NCBI RefSeq assembly: GCF_000406145.1
Contig: NZ_CM001976.1
Coordinates: 2,203,543 to 2,235,542, forward strand
Direction: 5' to 3'
From: Dickeya dadantii NCPPB 898
GTDB taxonomy: Bacteria; Pseudomonadota; Gammaproteobacteria; Enterobacterales; Enterobacteriaceae
DNA length: 32,000 nucleotides
Of this stretch, positions 1 through 7,765 are shown in pieces. Numbering within the stretch: the first letter of the stretch is position 1; every line of letters starts with the position of its first letter. The position numbers were made by a program, and so were the translations under genes. The notes under the pieces are model-generated. The model worked only from the letters and a program-made list of their open reading frames with translations. It ran no database searches and had not been told where the DNA came from.

Positions 1-1266
1 TTCCGGGTAGCGCAACCAGCGGCGACGGCGTGGTTTCATCCGCATACCCACGGGGTGACCGGTCTTCAGGTAGCGATGGGGCTGGGCGGCCTGATTTTGA
101 TTCAGGACACCGCCAGCCGGGCGTTGTCGCTGCCGTCGCAGTGGGGCGTGGACGATATTCCGTTGATCCTGCAGGACAAACGTCTGGATGCGAAAGGGCA
201 GATTGATTACCAGTTGGATGTGATGTCGGCAGCGGTCGGCTGGTTTGGCGAGGTGATGCTGACCAACGGCGCGCGCTATCCGCAGCATGCCGCGCCGCGC
301 GGGTGGCTGCGCTTGCGGATCCTGAACGGTTGTAACGCGCGATCGCTGACGCTGGCGGCCAGCGACGGCCGAGCGCTGTATGTGATTGGCAGCGATGGCG
401 GTCTGCTGGCGGAGCCGGTGCAAGTGAGCGCATTGAGCGTGCTGATGGGCGAGCGCTTTGAGGTATTGGTGGATGCGCGTGACGGTAAGGCGTTCGATAT
501 GGTGACGCTACCGGTTACGCAGATGGGGATGAGCGTGCCGCCGTTTGATCAGCCCGTGCCGGTATTGCGTATTCAGCCAACGCTGCAACCCGGTGCCGGC
601 ACGTTGCCGGAAACGCTGGCGGCACTGCCGGCGCTGCCGTCAACCTCGGGGCTGAAAACGCGCCAGCTACAGCTGGCGATGGATCCGCAGCTCGACATGT
701 TGGGCATGCAGGCGCTGATGCAGCGCTATGGCATGCAGGCCATGGCAGGCATGGATATGACGGGGCACGGTGCGATGCAAGGGATGTCGCATGGCGGCGA
801 GATGAATATGTCATCATCCGCAATGCAGCACGGCGGTATGAACATGAATCATGGCGCCATGAAGCAGGGAGGCATGAACCACGGCGGTATGAACCACCAG
901 ACAGGGCAGGCGCCGTTGGATATCCTGTCCGGCAACCGCATCAATGGCGTGGCGTTCCAGATGGGGCAGCCGATGTTTGACGTCCGACGCGGCGATGTTG
1001 AGGTGTGGAACATTTCCGGGCAAGGCGACATGATGCTGCATCCCTTTCATATTCACGGCACCCGTTTTCGCATCCTGTCGGAAAATGGCAAACCGCCCGC
1101 CGCACACCGGCGTGGCTGGAAAGACATTGTGCATGTGGAAGGATCGCACAGCGAGGTGCTGGTGCAGTTCAATCATCCGGCGCCGAAAGAGCGGGCATTT
1201 ATGGCGCACTGCCATTTGCTGGAGCATGAAGACACCGGCATGATGATGTCGTTTACCGTATCCTGA
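1..1266 (+). CDS. cueO: Multicopper oxidase, CueO type (5' end lies outside the window)
   Basis: Frame 1 is open from base 1 ([18 protein letters not shown], an HxH copper-ligand motif), so the ATG at 55 is internal. A Met/His/Gly-rich insert ([18 protein letters not shown]...[10 protein letters not shown]) is typical of CueO. C-terminal copper ligands HPFHIHG and [13 protein letters not shown] are present. Stop at 1264-1266. Confidence 0.9.
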   Translation, partial: FRVAQPAATAWFHPHTHGVTGLQVAMGLGGLILIQDTASRALSLPSQWGVDDIPLILQDKRLDAKGQIDYQLDVMSAAVGWFGEVMLTNGARYPQHAAPRGWLRLRILNGCNARSLTLAASDGRALYVIGSDGGLLAEPVQVSALSVLMGERFEVLVDARDGKAFDMVTLPVTQMGMSVPPFDQPVPVLRIQPTLQPGAGTLPETLAALPALPSTSGLKTRQLQLAMDPQLDMLGMQALMQRYGMQAMAGMDMTGHGAMQGMSHGGEMNMSSSAMQHGGMNMNHGAMKQGGMNHGGMNHQTGQAPLDILSGNRINGVAFQMGQPMFDVRRGDVEVWNISGQGDMMLHPFHIHGTRFRILSENGKPPAAHRRGWKDIVHVEGSHSEVLVQFNHPAPKERAFMAHCHLLEHEDTGMMMSFTVS

Positions 1267-1303
1267 TACCGCCACAAAGGCGATGTCCGTGCATTAACGG
1301 CCT

Positions 1304-1708
1304 TTACGCGCTGGCGTCGGACATCGCTCTGGCCTGTTCTTCCTGACGTTGATCAAAGACTTCCCGCGCCTGCGCTACCTGCGGCAGGTATTCCACCGTC
1401 CAGCGGTAAAGCGCCCGAAACGGCTCTTTTAGGGTATGCCCGAGCGGCGTGATGTGGTACTCCACCGCAATCGGCGAGAAGGCCAACACCCGGCGTTCCA
1501 CAATGCCGTTGCGTTCCAGCTTTCGCAGACACTGCGTCAGCGCCTTTTGCGTGATGCCTTCCAGGCTGCGCTTGATTTCGTTAAAGCGCAGCGGCTTCTC
1601 ACACAGCGCGCCCAGCACCAGCACCGACCATTTATCGGCGATCTGTTCCAGCAAAAAACGGCTGGGGCAGTTGGCGTGGGAGTAAGGGGATGCGCAAGAT
1701 TTCAGCAT
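1304..1708 (-). CDS. HxlR-family winged-helix transcriptional regulator
   Basis: The ORF spans 1304-1738. The core DKWSVLVL...FNEIKRSLEGITQKALTQCLRKLERNGIVERRV is typical of HxlR/MarR-like regulators. I place the start at ATG 1708 (AGGAAACCACC-ATG) rather than 1738. The gene is divergent from a flavin oxidoreductase, a common pairing. Confidence 0.85.
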   Translation of the reverse strand: MLKSCASPYSHANCPSRFLLEQIADKWSVLVLGALCEKPLRFNEIKRSLEGITQKALTQCLRKLERNGIVERRVLAFSPIAVEYHITPLGHTLKEPFRALYRWTVEYLPQVAQAREVFDQRQEEQARAMSDASA

Positions 1709-1808
1709 GGTGGTTTCCTGTAGGCTACCTGGTAGCATTTATGTGCCTGATTGACACCCGGTTTACATTGTATACCATCACGGATTCATGCCCAAGGAGA
1801 TGAATCAC

Positions 1809-2921
1809 ATGGCCAATACTGATGTTCTGTTCCGTCCTTTTACGCTGAAAACACTGGAATTAAAAAACCGTATTGTGATGGCGCCGATGACCCGCAGCTT
1901 CGCACCTGAGGGTATTCCGGGCGATGATATTGCCGCCTATTACCGCCGCCGGGCGGAGGGCGAGGTGGGGTTGATTCTGTCGGAAGGCACCGTGGTGGAT
2001 CGTCCCGGTTCGCGCAACCACCCCGGCATTCCGTTCTTCCACGGCGAACGCGCGCTGAACGGCTGGCAGAAAGTCATTAACGAGGTTCATGCCGCCGGCG
2101 GCAAAATGGGGCCGCAGATATGGCACGTCGGTTCGGCACCGTATCCCGGTGTGGAGTGGGAAGCGGATTACATCGAAAGCCCGTCCGGTTTGTTCTCGCC
2201 GGAGGTAGAGCGCGGTCATGCCATGACCGATGAAGATATTGCCGATACCATTTCCGCGTTTGGCTGCGCCGCTGCCGACGCGAAACGTCTGGGCTTTGAT
2301 ACGCTGGAGCTGCACGGCGCGCACGGCTACCTGATTGACCAGTTCTTCTGGGGAGGAACCAACCAGCGTGCCGATGCGTTCGGCGGCGCGACGGTCAAAC
2401 AACGCGCACGGTTTGCCGCTGAGGTGGTGAAGAGCGTCCGCGAAGCGGTGGGGCCGGATTTCCCGCTGATTCTGCGCGTCAGTCAGTGGAAACAGCAGGA
2501 TTACAGCGCCCGTCTGGCGCCGACTCCGCTGGCGCTGGAAGACTGGCTGGCGCCGCTGGTGTCCGCCGGTGTGGATATTCTGCACTGTTCCCAGCGTCGT
2601 TTCTGGGAACCGGAATTCCCGGATGTGGATGGCGAGAACGGCCTGAACTTCGCCGGCTGGGCGAAGAAAGTGACCGGTGCGGCCACGATCAGCGTGGGTT
2701 CCGTCGGGCTGTCGGATGAATTCTTCAGCGCCTTTGCCGGCAAAGGCTCCAACCCGGCTGGTCTCGATAAGCTGCTGGAACGCATGGCACGTGATGAGTT
2801 TGATTTGATCGCGGTGGGGCGTGCGCTGCTGACCGATCCAAACTGGGCGGCGAAAGTCCGTCAGCAGGAACTGGAAGCCCTCAAAGGGTTCGAGCCGGCG
2901 TCTCTCGGCCAGTTGGTGTAA
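1809..2921 (+). CDS. NADH:flavin oxidoreductase, Old Yellow Enzyme family
   Basis: FRPFTLKTLELKNRIVMAPMTR and ELHGAHGYLIDQFF are OYE/NemA-type motifs. The start at 1809 follows AAGGAG (1794-1799). In-frame ATGs at 1788 and 1800 are alternatives. Confidence 0.85.
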   Translation: MANTDVLFRPFTLKTLELKNRIVMAPMTRSFAPEGIPGDDIAAYYRRRAEGEVGLILSEGTVVDRPGSRNHPGIPFFHGERALNGWQKVINEVHAAGGKMGPQIWHVGSAPYPGVEWEADYIESPSGLFSPEVERGHAMTDEDIADTISAFGCAAADAKRLGFDTLELHGAHGYLIDQFFWGGTNQRADAFGGATVKQRARFAAEVVKSVREAVGPDFPLILRVSQWKQQDYSARLAPTPLALEDWLAPLVSAGVDILHCSQRRFWEPEFPDVDGENGLNFAGWAKKVTGAATISVGSVGLSDEFFSAFAGKGSNPAGLDKLLERMARDEFDLIAVGRALLTDPNWAAKVRQQELEALKGFEPASLGQLV

Positions 2922-2930
2922 GCATTACAA

Positions 2931-2950
2931 GGCCCCGGTGTGCCGGGGCC
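2931..2950. terminator. Perfect GC hairpin between convergent genes (GGCCCCGG-tgtg-CCGGGGCC)
   Basis: An 8-bp GC stem with a 4-nt loop lies 10 nt after the OYE stop. It is followed by atcgTTTat on the + strand and TTgTaaTgcTT on the - strand, so it is a plausible bidirectional terminator with weak U tracts. Confidence 0.55.
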
Positions 2951-2960
2951 ATCGTTTATG

Positions 2961-3046
2961 GGTTGGTTATAATATTTACGGTTATAAATATCTATAGGTT
3001 ATAAACATCTATGGGTTATAAACATCTACGAGCTATAACATCCGAA
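2961..3046. repeat. Tandem array of a ~17-bp unit GGTTATAAAYATCTAYR, 4 good copies plus 1 degenerate
   Basis: The copies read directly as 2965-2979 GGTTATAATATTTAC, 2980-2996 GGTTATAAATATCTATA, 2997-3013 GGTTATAAACATCTATG, 3014-3031 GGTTATAAACATCTACGA and 3032-3046 GCTATAACATCCGAA (degenerate). The last copy overlaps the stop and C-terminus of the NUDIX gene. Confidence 0.85.
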
Positions 3047-3521
3047 TCGCGGCGTTGACGACAAAGCGGCTCTCTTCGCTGATGGAGCAGTCTTCCGGAA
3101 TATCCGTAGACTGACGGACGATCTGCCAGGCATCGTGCTCTTGGTCGTTCAGACACACCTCTTCCTGCATCACGTCGACCAAAAAATTCCACTGGCGAAC
3201 TTTCTCGTTAACCGGCGCCAGATAATCGAAAAAACCCAGATAGTGGCGGATATAACGTAACCGCAGGCCGGTTTCTTGCTGCAATTCTCGCATCAGCGTG
3301 GCAAGCAGGTTGTGATCGCCGGGCTCGCGGCTGCCGCCGGGGATCTCCCAGTGGCCGGGCTGCACCGGATCGTTGGCGCTGCGGCGTACCAGCAGGATTC
3401 CGCCCCGGAATACTACTGCGGCAGCCATTGTCTGACGGGTAATCCCTTCCTGTTGCGCCTGAAATTCAAACTGACACAACATCCTGGTGTAGGTGCTGTC
3501 CTGGGGTGAAAACAAAAACAT
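3033..3521 (-). CDS. NUDIX hydrolase
   Basis: The Nudix box GGSREPGDHNLLATLMRELQQETGL fits GX5EX7REUXEEXGU. I place the start at ATG 3521 (MFLFSPQD...). The ORF-track extension to 3686 runs through AT-rich, non-coding-looking sequence. ATG 3482 is an alternative start. Confidence 0.8.
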   Translation of the reverse strand: MFLFSPQDSTYTRMLCQFEFQAQQEGITRQTMAAAVVFRGGILLVRRSANDPVQPGHWEIPGGSREPGDHNLLATLMRELQQETGLRLRYIRHYLGFFDYLAPVNEKVRQWNFLVDVMQEEVCLNDQEHDAWQIVRQSTDIPEDCSISEESRFVVNAAIRML

Positions 3522-3663
3522 GCTGTATACCTGCACTGGGGTGAATAGGGTATGTCCAACCGGGCATGCTAGCGATCCGGGATGACAGTGATATTTCACA
3601 TATAGAATAAATACAATAGAAATCTTTACAAAAGTAAATATTGTTATTCGATGTGTAGGCGTT

Positions 3664-3694
3664 AATTGACATAAGCCCACCGGCAAGGCGGGCT
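3664..3694 (-). terminator. Hairpin downstream of the RNase T2 gene
   Basis: On the minus strand it reads AGCCCGCC-uugcc-GGUGGGCU followed by UAUGUCAAUU. There is one mismatch in the stem and the U tract is modest. Confidence 0.45.
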
Positions 3695-3735
3695 AAAAGG
3701 CGCGTTTGAGCATGCGATCAGCGCGGTAAAGCAGG

Positions 3736-4374
3736 TTAACGCACGTTAGGGACGCGAATATTGCCGTCGCGACACTGGGTTTTTACCGCTTTACCGCAGG
3801 ATTGGGCGTTCAGGTTTTTGTCCATACAGACGCGGATTTCAGACAGTTCCGGGCCGCTGCAAATCGCGACGATACTCCCTTGCGCAAGCGTGGGGTTGCT
3901 CTGATGAAACGCGGTCAGAATCCGCTGCGCCGTCAGTTGTAACGGTTTGGTCGGTGCCTGGAAACTGGCCGGAATCTTCACCTTGGTCAACGCATTATCT
4001 GCCGCTTGCAGGTAACCGTTCGCTCCCAGTCCGCTACAGGTGCCGTGCTTGCTCCATTCGTGGGTGAGCAGGGCATCGGTGGGGAACAGGGTATTACCGT
4101 ATTTGCGCTCCTGCGCGGTGAGTGCGGTAATCGGCGGGCAGTCCTGCGGCCAACCGCCGTTGGCATATTGCGGCCATAACCCGTGCAACACAAAGCCATA
4201 CCCTTTGGTGCATTGCTCGTTATTGGCGTGGGTCAGGCAAAAGGTGGGCGACCAGGATAAGGTCAGCAGGTAGTAATCAAATACGCCTGCCTGACCTTTA
4301 GCCTGAACGGTGGGACTGGATATGATGCCGACAGCCAGCATCAATCCGGCCAGCAACGAACCAATTTTCTTCAT
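3736..4374 (-). CDS. Secreted ribonuclease, RNase T2 family (RNase I-like)
   Basis: Signal peptide MKKIGSLLAGLMLAVGIISSPTVQA. CAS I motif FVLHGLWPQ and CAS II motif HEWSKHGTC. Multiple Cys residues fit a periplasmic T2 RNase. AGGAG-like RBS (GACAGGAGAGGGTT-ATG). Confidence 0.9.
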   Translation of the reverse strand: MKKIGSLLAGLMLAVGIISSPTVQAKGQAGVFDYYLLTLSWSPTFCLTHANNEQCTKGYGFVLHGLWPQYANGGWPQDCPPITALTAQERKYGNTLFPTDALLTHEWSKHGTCSGLGANGYLQAADNALTKVKIPASFQAPTKPLQLTAQRILTAFHQSNPTLAQGSIVAICSGPELSEIRVCMDKNLNAQSCGKAVKTQCRDGNIRVPNVR

Positions 4375-4790
4375 AACCCTCTCCTGTCGTATATCTCTGT
4401 GTGTCAGGCACGCATTATCGTGCCCAATTTATGTTGATGAGCGCATCCGGATGCTACAGGCGCAGCCGGACAGCGGATAAATAATCAATAAACCCTTGCC
4501 ATTGACCTTATTTTTTAAGATCGAAAATGGAGAATAAATAGCCGGAAACCTGCGCGATAATCGAGAGCAGGTGTAATAGTGTATGAAGATAAAAACGCGA
4601 AATGTCAATTTTCAGAAAAGTATTTATTAAAAAAGTCTATAAAATAAATGGGTTGGTGCGTTATGAATGTCAGGTCGGATTTATCGTTGGTGGTGATTCT
4701 AAAAAAAGAAAGACGCTTAATAATCGAGATGAAATAAATAAGTTCGACAAGTAATTCCTGGCCTAATTATTTTTTGATGTCGCAGTGTTA

Positions 4791-4850
4791 AGGGGAAAAA
4801 GTGTAGGGGATAAAAGTTTATGGGAAAAAGCGTGTGGAAAAAATGTGCGC
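4791..4850. repeat. Four tandem imperfect 14-16 bp purine-rich units (GGGGAAAAAGTGT / GGGGATAAAAGTTTAT / GGGAAAAAGCGTGT / GGAAAAAATGTGCGC)
   Basis: Read directly from the sequence. It lies inside an AT-rich intergenic gap and is followed by a GTGCGC-ggtgtgt-GCGCAC hairpin (4845-4863). Confidence 0.6.
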
Positions 4851-5057
4851 GGTGTGTGCGCACATGAATAACCATCAGTCGTGCTGTTCCGCCGCCAGCG
4901 GCGCTTTTACCGCCGATCGCTCGGCAACACGCGCCATACAGGTGTTGAGCGCGTTCAGATCGACCAGAGCGATGCCGACGTAACCAGTCCATCGCGTCAC
5001 GGTGAGCGGCGAACTATCACACTCGCTGAAAATTTATAAAAATTCAATGAATTGGCA

Positions 5058-5666
5058 TTAGCGCTTCGTGCCATCGAACGGCAGGCAGCGATGCAGCGCG
5101 ACGTATTGCACCAGCATGATGGTTTTAGCGTCCATGATCGTGCCATCGTCAATCGCCGCCAGTGCCTGCGGCAGGCTCATTTCCAGCGTTTCCACGTCTT
5201 CGCCTTCGTCTTCCACGCCGCCGCCCGTGCCAATGCGCGAGTGGTCGTCGTACTCGCCCAGAAAGAAATAGAGTTTTTCCGTAACCGAACCGGGGCTCAT
5301 GTACGACTCCATCACCTTGCGGACATTGAATACCCGGTAGCCGGTTTCTTCCTCCGCTTCGGCACGAATGCGCACCTCGGGTTCTGCGTGGTCGAGCAGC
5401 CCGGCTGCGGCTTCAATCAACATCCCGTCGTGGCCGTTGACGAATACCGGAAAGCGAAACTGGCGGGTCAGCAGCAGCGTCTGTTTTTGGCGATGATAGA
5501 GCAGGATGACGGCGCCGTTGCCGCGATCGTAGGTTTCCCGGCTCTGCCGCTGCCAGGTGCCGTCACGGCGTAGAAAGTCAAAGGTGGTTTTTTTCAGCAG
5601 GTACCAGTCGTTAGCCAGTACAACGCTGTCGATAATGCGTATCCGCTCTCTGGTGGTGAGCATCAT
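5058..5666 (-). CDS. nudK: GDP-mannose pyrophosphatase NudK (Nudix family)
   Basis: Strong recalled similarity to E. coli NudK along its length (RETYDRGNGAVILLY, LTRQFR, IEAAAGLLD..EPEVRIRAEAEEETGY, MSPGSVTE, GGGVEDEGEDVE). The start ATGATG at 5666 is preceded by AGGAGAG. Confidence 0.85.
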   Translation of the reverse strand: MMLTTRERIRIIDSVVLANDWYLLKKTTFDFLRRDGTWQRQSRETYDRGNGAVILLYHRQKQTLLLTRQFRFPVFVNGHDGMLIEAAAGLLDHAEPEVRIRAEAEEETGYRVFNVRKVMESYMSPGSVTEKLYFFLGEYDDHSRIGTGGGVEDEGEDVETLEMSLPQALAAIDDGTIMDAKTIMLVQYVALHRCLPFDGTKR

Positions 5667-5844
5667 GACTCTCCTGAACAAGGTGTGAGCGGTTATCCTA
5701 ACGTAATATTTCGTGCATCCTCAAGTGTAATCATGCATATTCGTGCATTATGGTGCGACTAAAAAGACTGAAATAACAACAAAACGTGCAAAGTCAGGCA
5801 TTATCAGGTAGAACAGGGTATAAATGACTTAGCTGGAGAACACC

Positions 5845-6600
5845 ATGCTGACCACGCAGCGTAAACAGCGGATTCTGGAACAACTGGCGGCCGAAGGGCA
5901 GGTGCTGGCGAAACAATTGAGCGAGGCGTTTGGCGTATCGGAAGATACCATCCGGCGTGATTTGCGGGAGCTGGCCAGCGAGGGCCGCTTGCAGCGGGTA
6001 CATGGCGGCGCGCTGCCCGCCTCCGGTACGGTGGTCAGCTTTGACGCGCGCAGCCGCATGGCGATAGGCGCCAAGCATCAACTGGCGCAGGCCGCGGCCT
6101 CCCTGATCCTGCCGGGGCAGGTAGTGATGATTGACGGCGGCACCACCAGCGGCGAGCTGGTGAAATGTCTGCCGCTTACGCTTGCCGCCACGGTGGTGAC
6201 CCATAGCCCCAGTGTGGCGGTGGCGCTGGTCAATCATCCCGGCATTGAGGTGGTGTTGATTGGCGGGCGGCTCTACAAACACTCGCTGGTGGCGGTGGGG
6301 GCCGCCGCGGTGGAAGCGTTGGCGACGATTCGGGCCGACGTATTTTTCATGGGAGTGACCGGCGTGCATCCGCAGGCGGGGTTCAGCACCGGCGATCTGG
6401 AAGAGGCGTATATCAAGCGGGCGCTGGCGGCACGTGCGGCGGAAACCGTCGTCATGGCGACGCAGGATAAGCTGAATGTGGCCTCCCGCTATGCGATTGG
6501 CGAATTAGCCATGACCAGCACGCTGATTGTGGAATCCACCGTCCCTGATGAGATTACCGCGCCTTTTGCACAGGCCGGGTTAAGTCTTATTCGGGCTTAG
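5845..6600 (+). CDS. DeoR/GlpR-family transcriptional regulator
   Basis: N-terminal HTH: RKQRILEQLAAEGQVLAKQLSEAFGVSEDTIRRDLRELASEGRLQRVHGGA. The C-terminal part is a DeoR-C sugar-phosphate sensor-like domain. GGAG lies upstream of the ATG. The gene is divergent from nudK. Confidence 0.9.
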   Translation: MLTTQRKQRILEQLAAEGQVLAKQLSEAFGVSEDTIRRDLRELASEGRLQRVHGGALPASGTVVSFDARSRMAIGAKHQLAQAAASLILPGQVVMIDGGTTSGELVKCLPLTLAATVVTHSPSVAVALVNHPGIEVVLIGGRLYKHSLVAVGAAAVEALATIRADVFFMGVTGVHPQAGFSTGDLEEAYIKRALAARAAETVVMATQDKLNVASRYAIGELAMTSTLIVESTVPDEITAPFAQAGLSLIRA

Positions 6601-6722
6601 ACGCGGCAATAATTAGACTCGGCAATAAGACGTGTCGCCGTCATTCCTCCTGGCGTGGTTCACGCGGGAGATAACGTGCAAAAACGTGCATAAGGCGGAT
6701 TATGCGCGAGTCCAAACGCCGA

Positions 6723-7691
6723 CTATCGCTGCTCAGGTAAGGGGCGCGCAGGCGCGAACCACTGAAACTCGCTCGCCAGTTGGCTGAGCGTTTCACGCAC
6801 CAGACGAATCGCGCTGTCACGGATGACGGTCGGCCGGAATCCCAGTTCGATGGCGTAATCCGGCATGGACAATGGGCACGGTAAGCATCGCAGATGCGGC
6901 GCGCGGGCCGCGATGGCCTGAGCGGCGTGGGCGGGCAGCGTAGCCAGCAGGGTATCATCCTGCAACAGCCAGGGAATCGCGGCAAAATGGGTGGTGGAAA
7001 CGGCAATACGCCGGCTGAGCCCCTGTTCCACCAGCTGTTCATCCACCAGCCCGATATGCCCGCCGTGAGAGATCAGCAGGTGCGGCGTCTGAATAAACCG
7101 CTCCAGCGACAGCGCGGTCACGTCACGAGCCACCAGACAGGCATAACCACCGCTGGCGACCTGTACCTTCGAGAGCGAACGGTAGCTGAAACCGCCGGCC
7201 GTCAGCGCCAGATCCAGTTCGTGGCGCAGCAGCAGGTCCGCTGCGATCTGGCTGTGGGCCTGCCGAAACACCAGCCGCAATCCCGGCGCCCGCTGTTGCA
7301 GGCGGGCAATCAGCGCCTGCCCCAGCGCCAGTTCAAAATCATCCGACAGCCCCAAAGTAACGGTGCGGCCAGCATACGCCTGCGGGTTGGGTTGCAACAG
7401 CGTCAGCGTTTCACGGCATTTGTTGAGCGCATCGCTGACCAGCGGTTGCAGCTCGTGCGCTCGCGGCGTCGGCATCAATCCCCGGCCGGTGCGCACGAAC
7501 AGCGGGTCGCCGTACCACTGCTTCAGCCGTTTCAACGCCGCGCTGACGGCGGACTGGGTGATGCCGAGGCGTAACCCGGCGCGGCTGGCGCTGCCTTCCT
7601 CGTATAACGCTTCAAAGGTCTTGAGCAGGTTTAAATCCAGACTGCTGATATTTATTTCATTCATATCAATCAACAACGAAATGGGCTTCAT
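6723..7691 (-). CDS. LysR-family transcriptional regulator
   Basis: [40 protein letters not shown] is a LysR HTH, and the remainder is substrate-binding-domain-like. ATG 7664 (MNEINISS...) is an alternative start. The gene is divergent from the nitrilase. Confidence 0.9.
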   Translation of the reverse strand: MKPISLLIDMNEINISSLDLNLLKTFEALYEEGSASRAGLRLGITQSAVSAALKRLKQWYGDPLFVRTGRGLMPTPRAHELQPLVSDALNKCRETLTLLQPNPQAYAGRTVTLGLSDDFELALGQALIARLQQRAPGLRLVFRQAHSQIAADLLLRHELDLALTAGGFSYRSLSKVQVASGGYACLVARDVTALSLERFIQTPHLLISHGGHIGLVDEQLVEQGLSRRIAVSTTHFAAIPWLLQDDTLLATLPAHAAQAIAARAPHLRCLPCPLSMPDYAIELGFRPTVIRDSAIRLVRETLSQLASEFQWFAPARPLPEQR

Positions 7692-7765
7692 TCAACTCAG
7701 CGGGACAGGCAGCATACCACTATCGCTGGCCTGTCGGGCCATCTCAACTGAGTGGAGAACACACA

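Noticed and set aside
1860-2585. 241-aa minus-strand ORF
   Set aside because: It is antisense to the OYE flavin oxidoreductase and has no recognisable motifs. The same reasoning applies to 5052-5573 (opposite nudK), 5794-6369 (opposite the DeoR gene), 6894-7574 (opposite the LysR gene), 9808-10539 (opposite ycdX), 10561-10968 (opposite ycdY), 14282-14806 (opposite rimJ), 14993-15541 (opposite yceH), 15629-16060 (opposite mviM), 21472-22026 (opposite cutC), 23444-24043 (opposite cmoB) and 25501-25932 (opposite yecE).
2961-3046. Possible CRISPR array
   Set aside because: The repeats are contiguous 17-bp units with no unique spacers, the unit is too short, and there are no cas genes in the window.
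3522-3686. N-terminal 55-aa extension of the NUDIX ORF (track start at 3686)
   Set aside because: The extension runs through AT-rich promoter-like sequence with an implausible peptide (ITIFTFVKISIVFILYVKYHCH). The Nudix fold begins well downstream, and an internal ATG at 3521 gives a normal-length protein.
4717-4992. 91-aa minus-strand ORF in the AT-rich gap
   Set aside because: Its C-terminal half merely translates the periodic purine/pyrimidine repeat (FFHTLFPINFYPLHFFPL), and its N-terminal half is Arg/Gly-rich. There is no RBS. I kept only the GC-rich island as a separate low-confidence observation.
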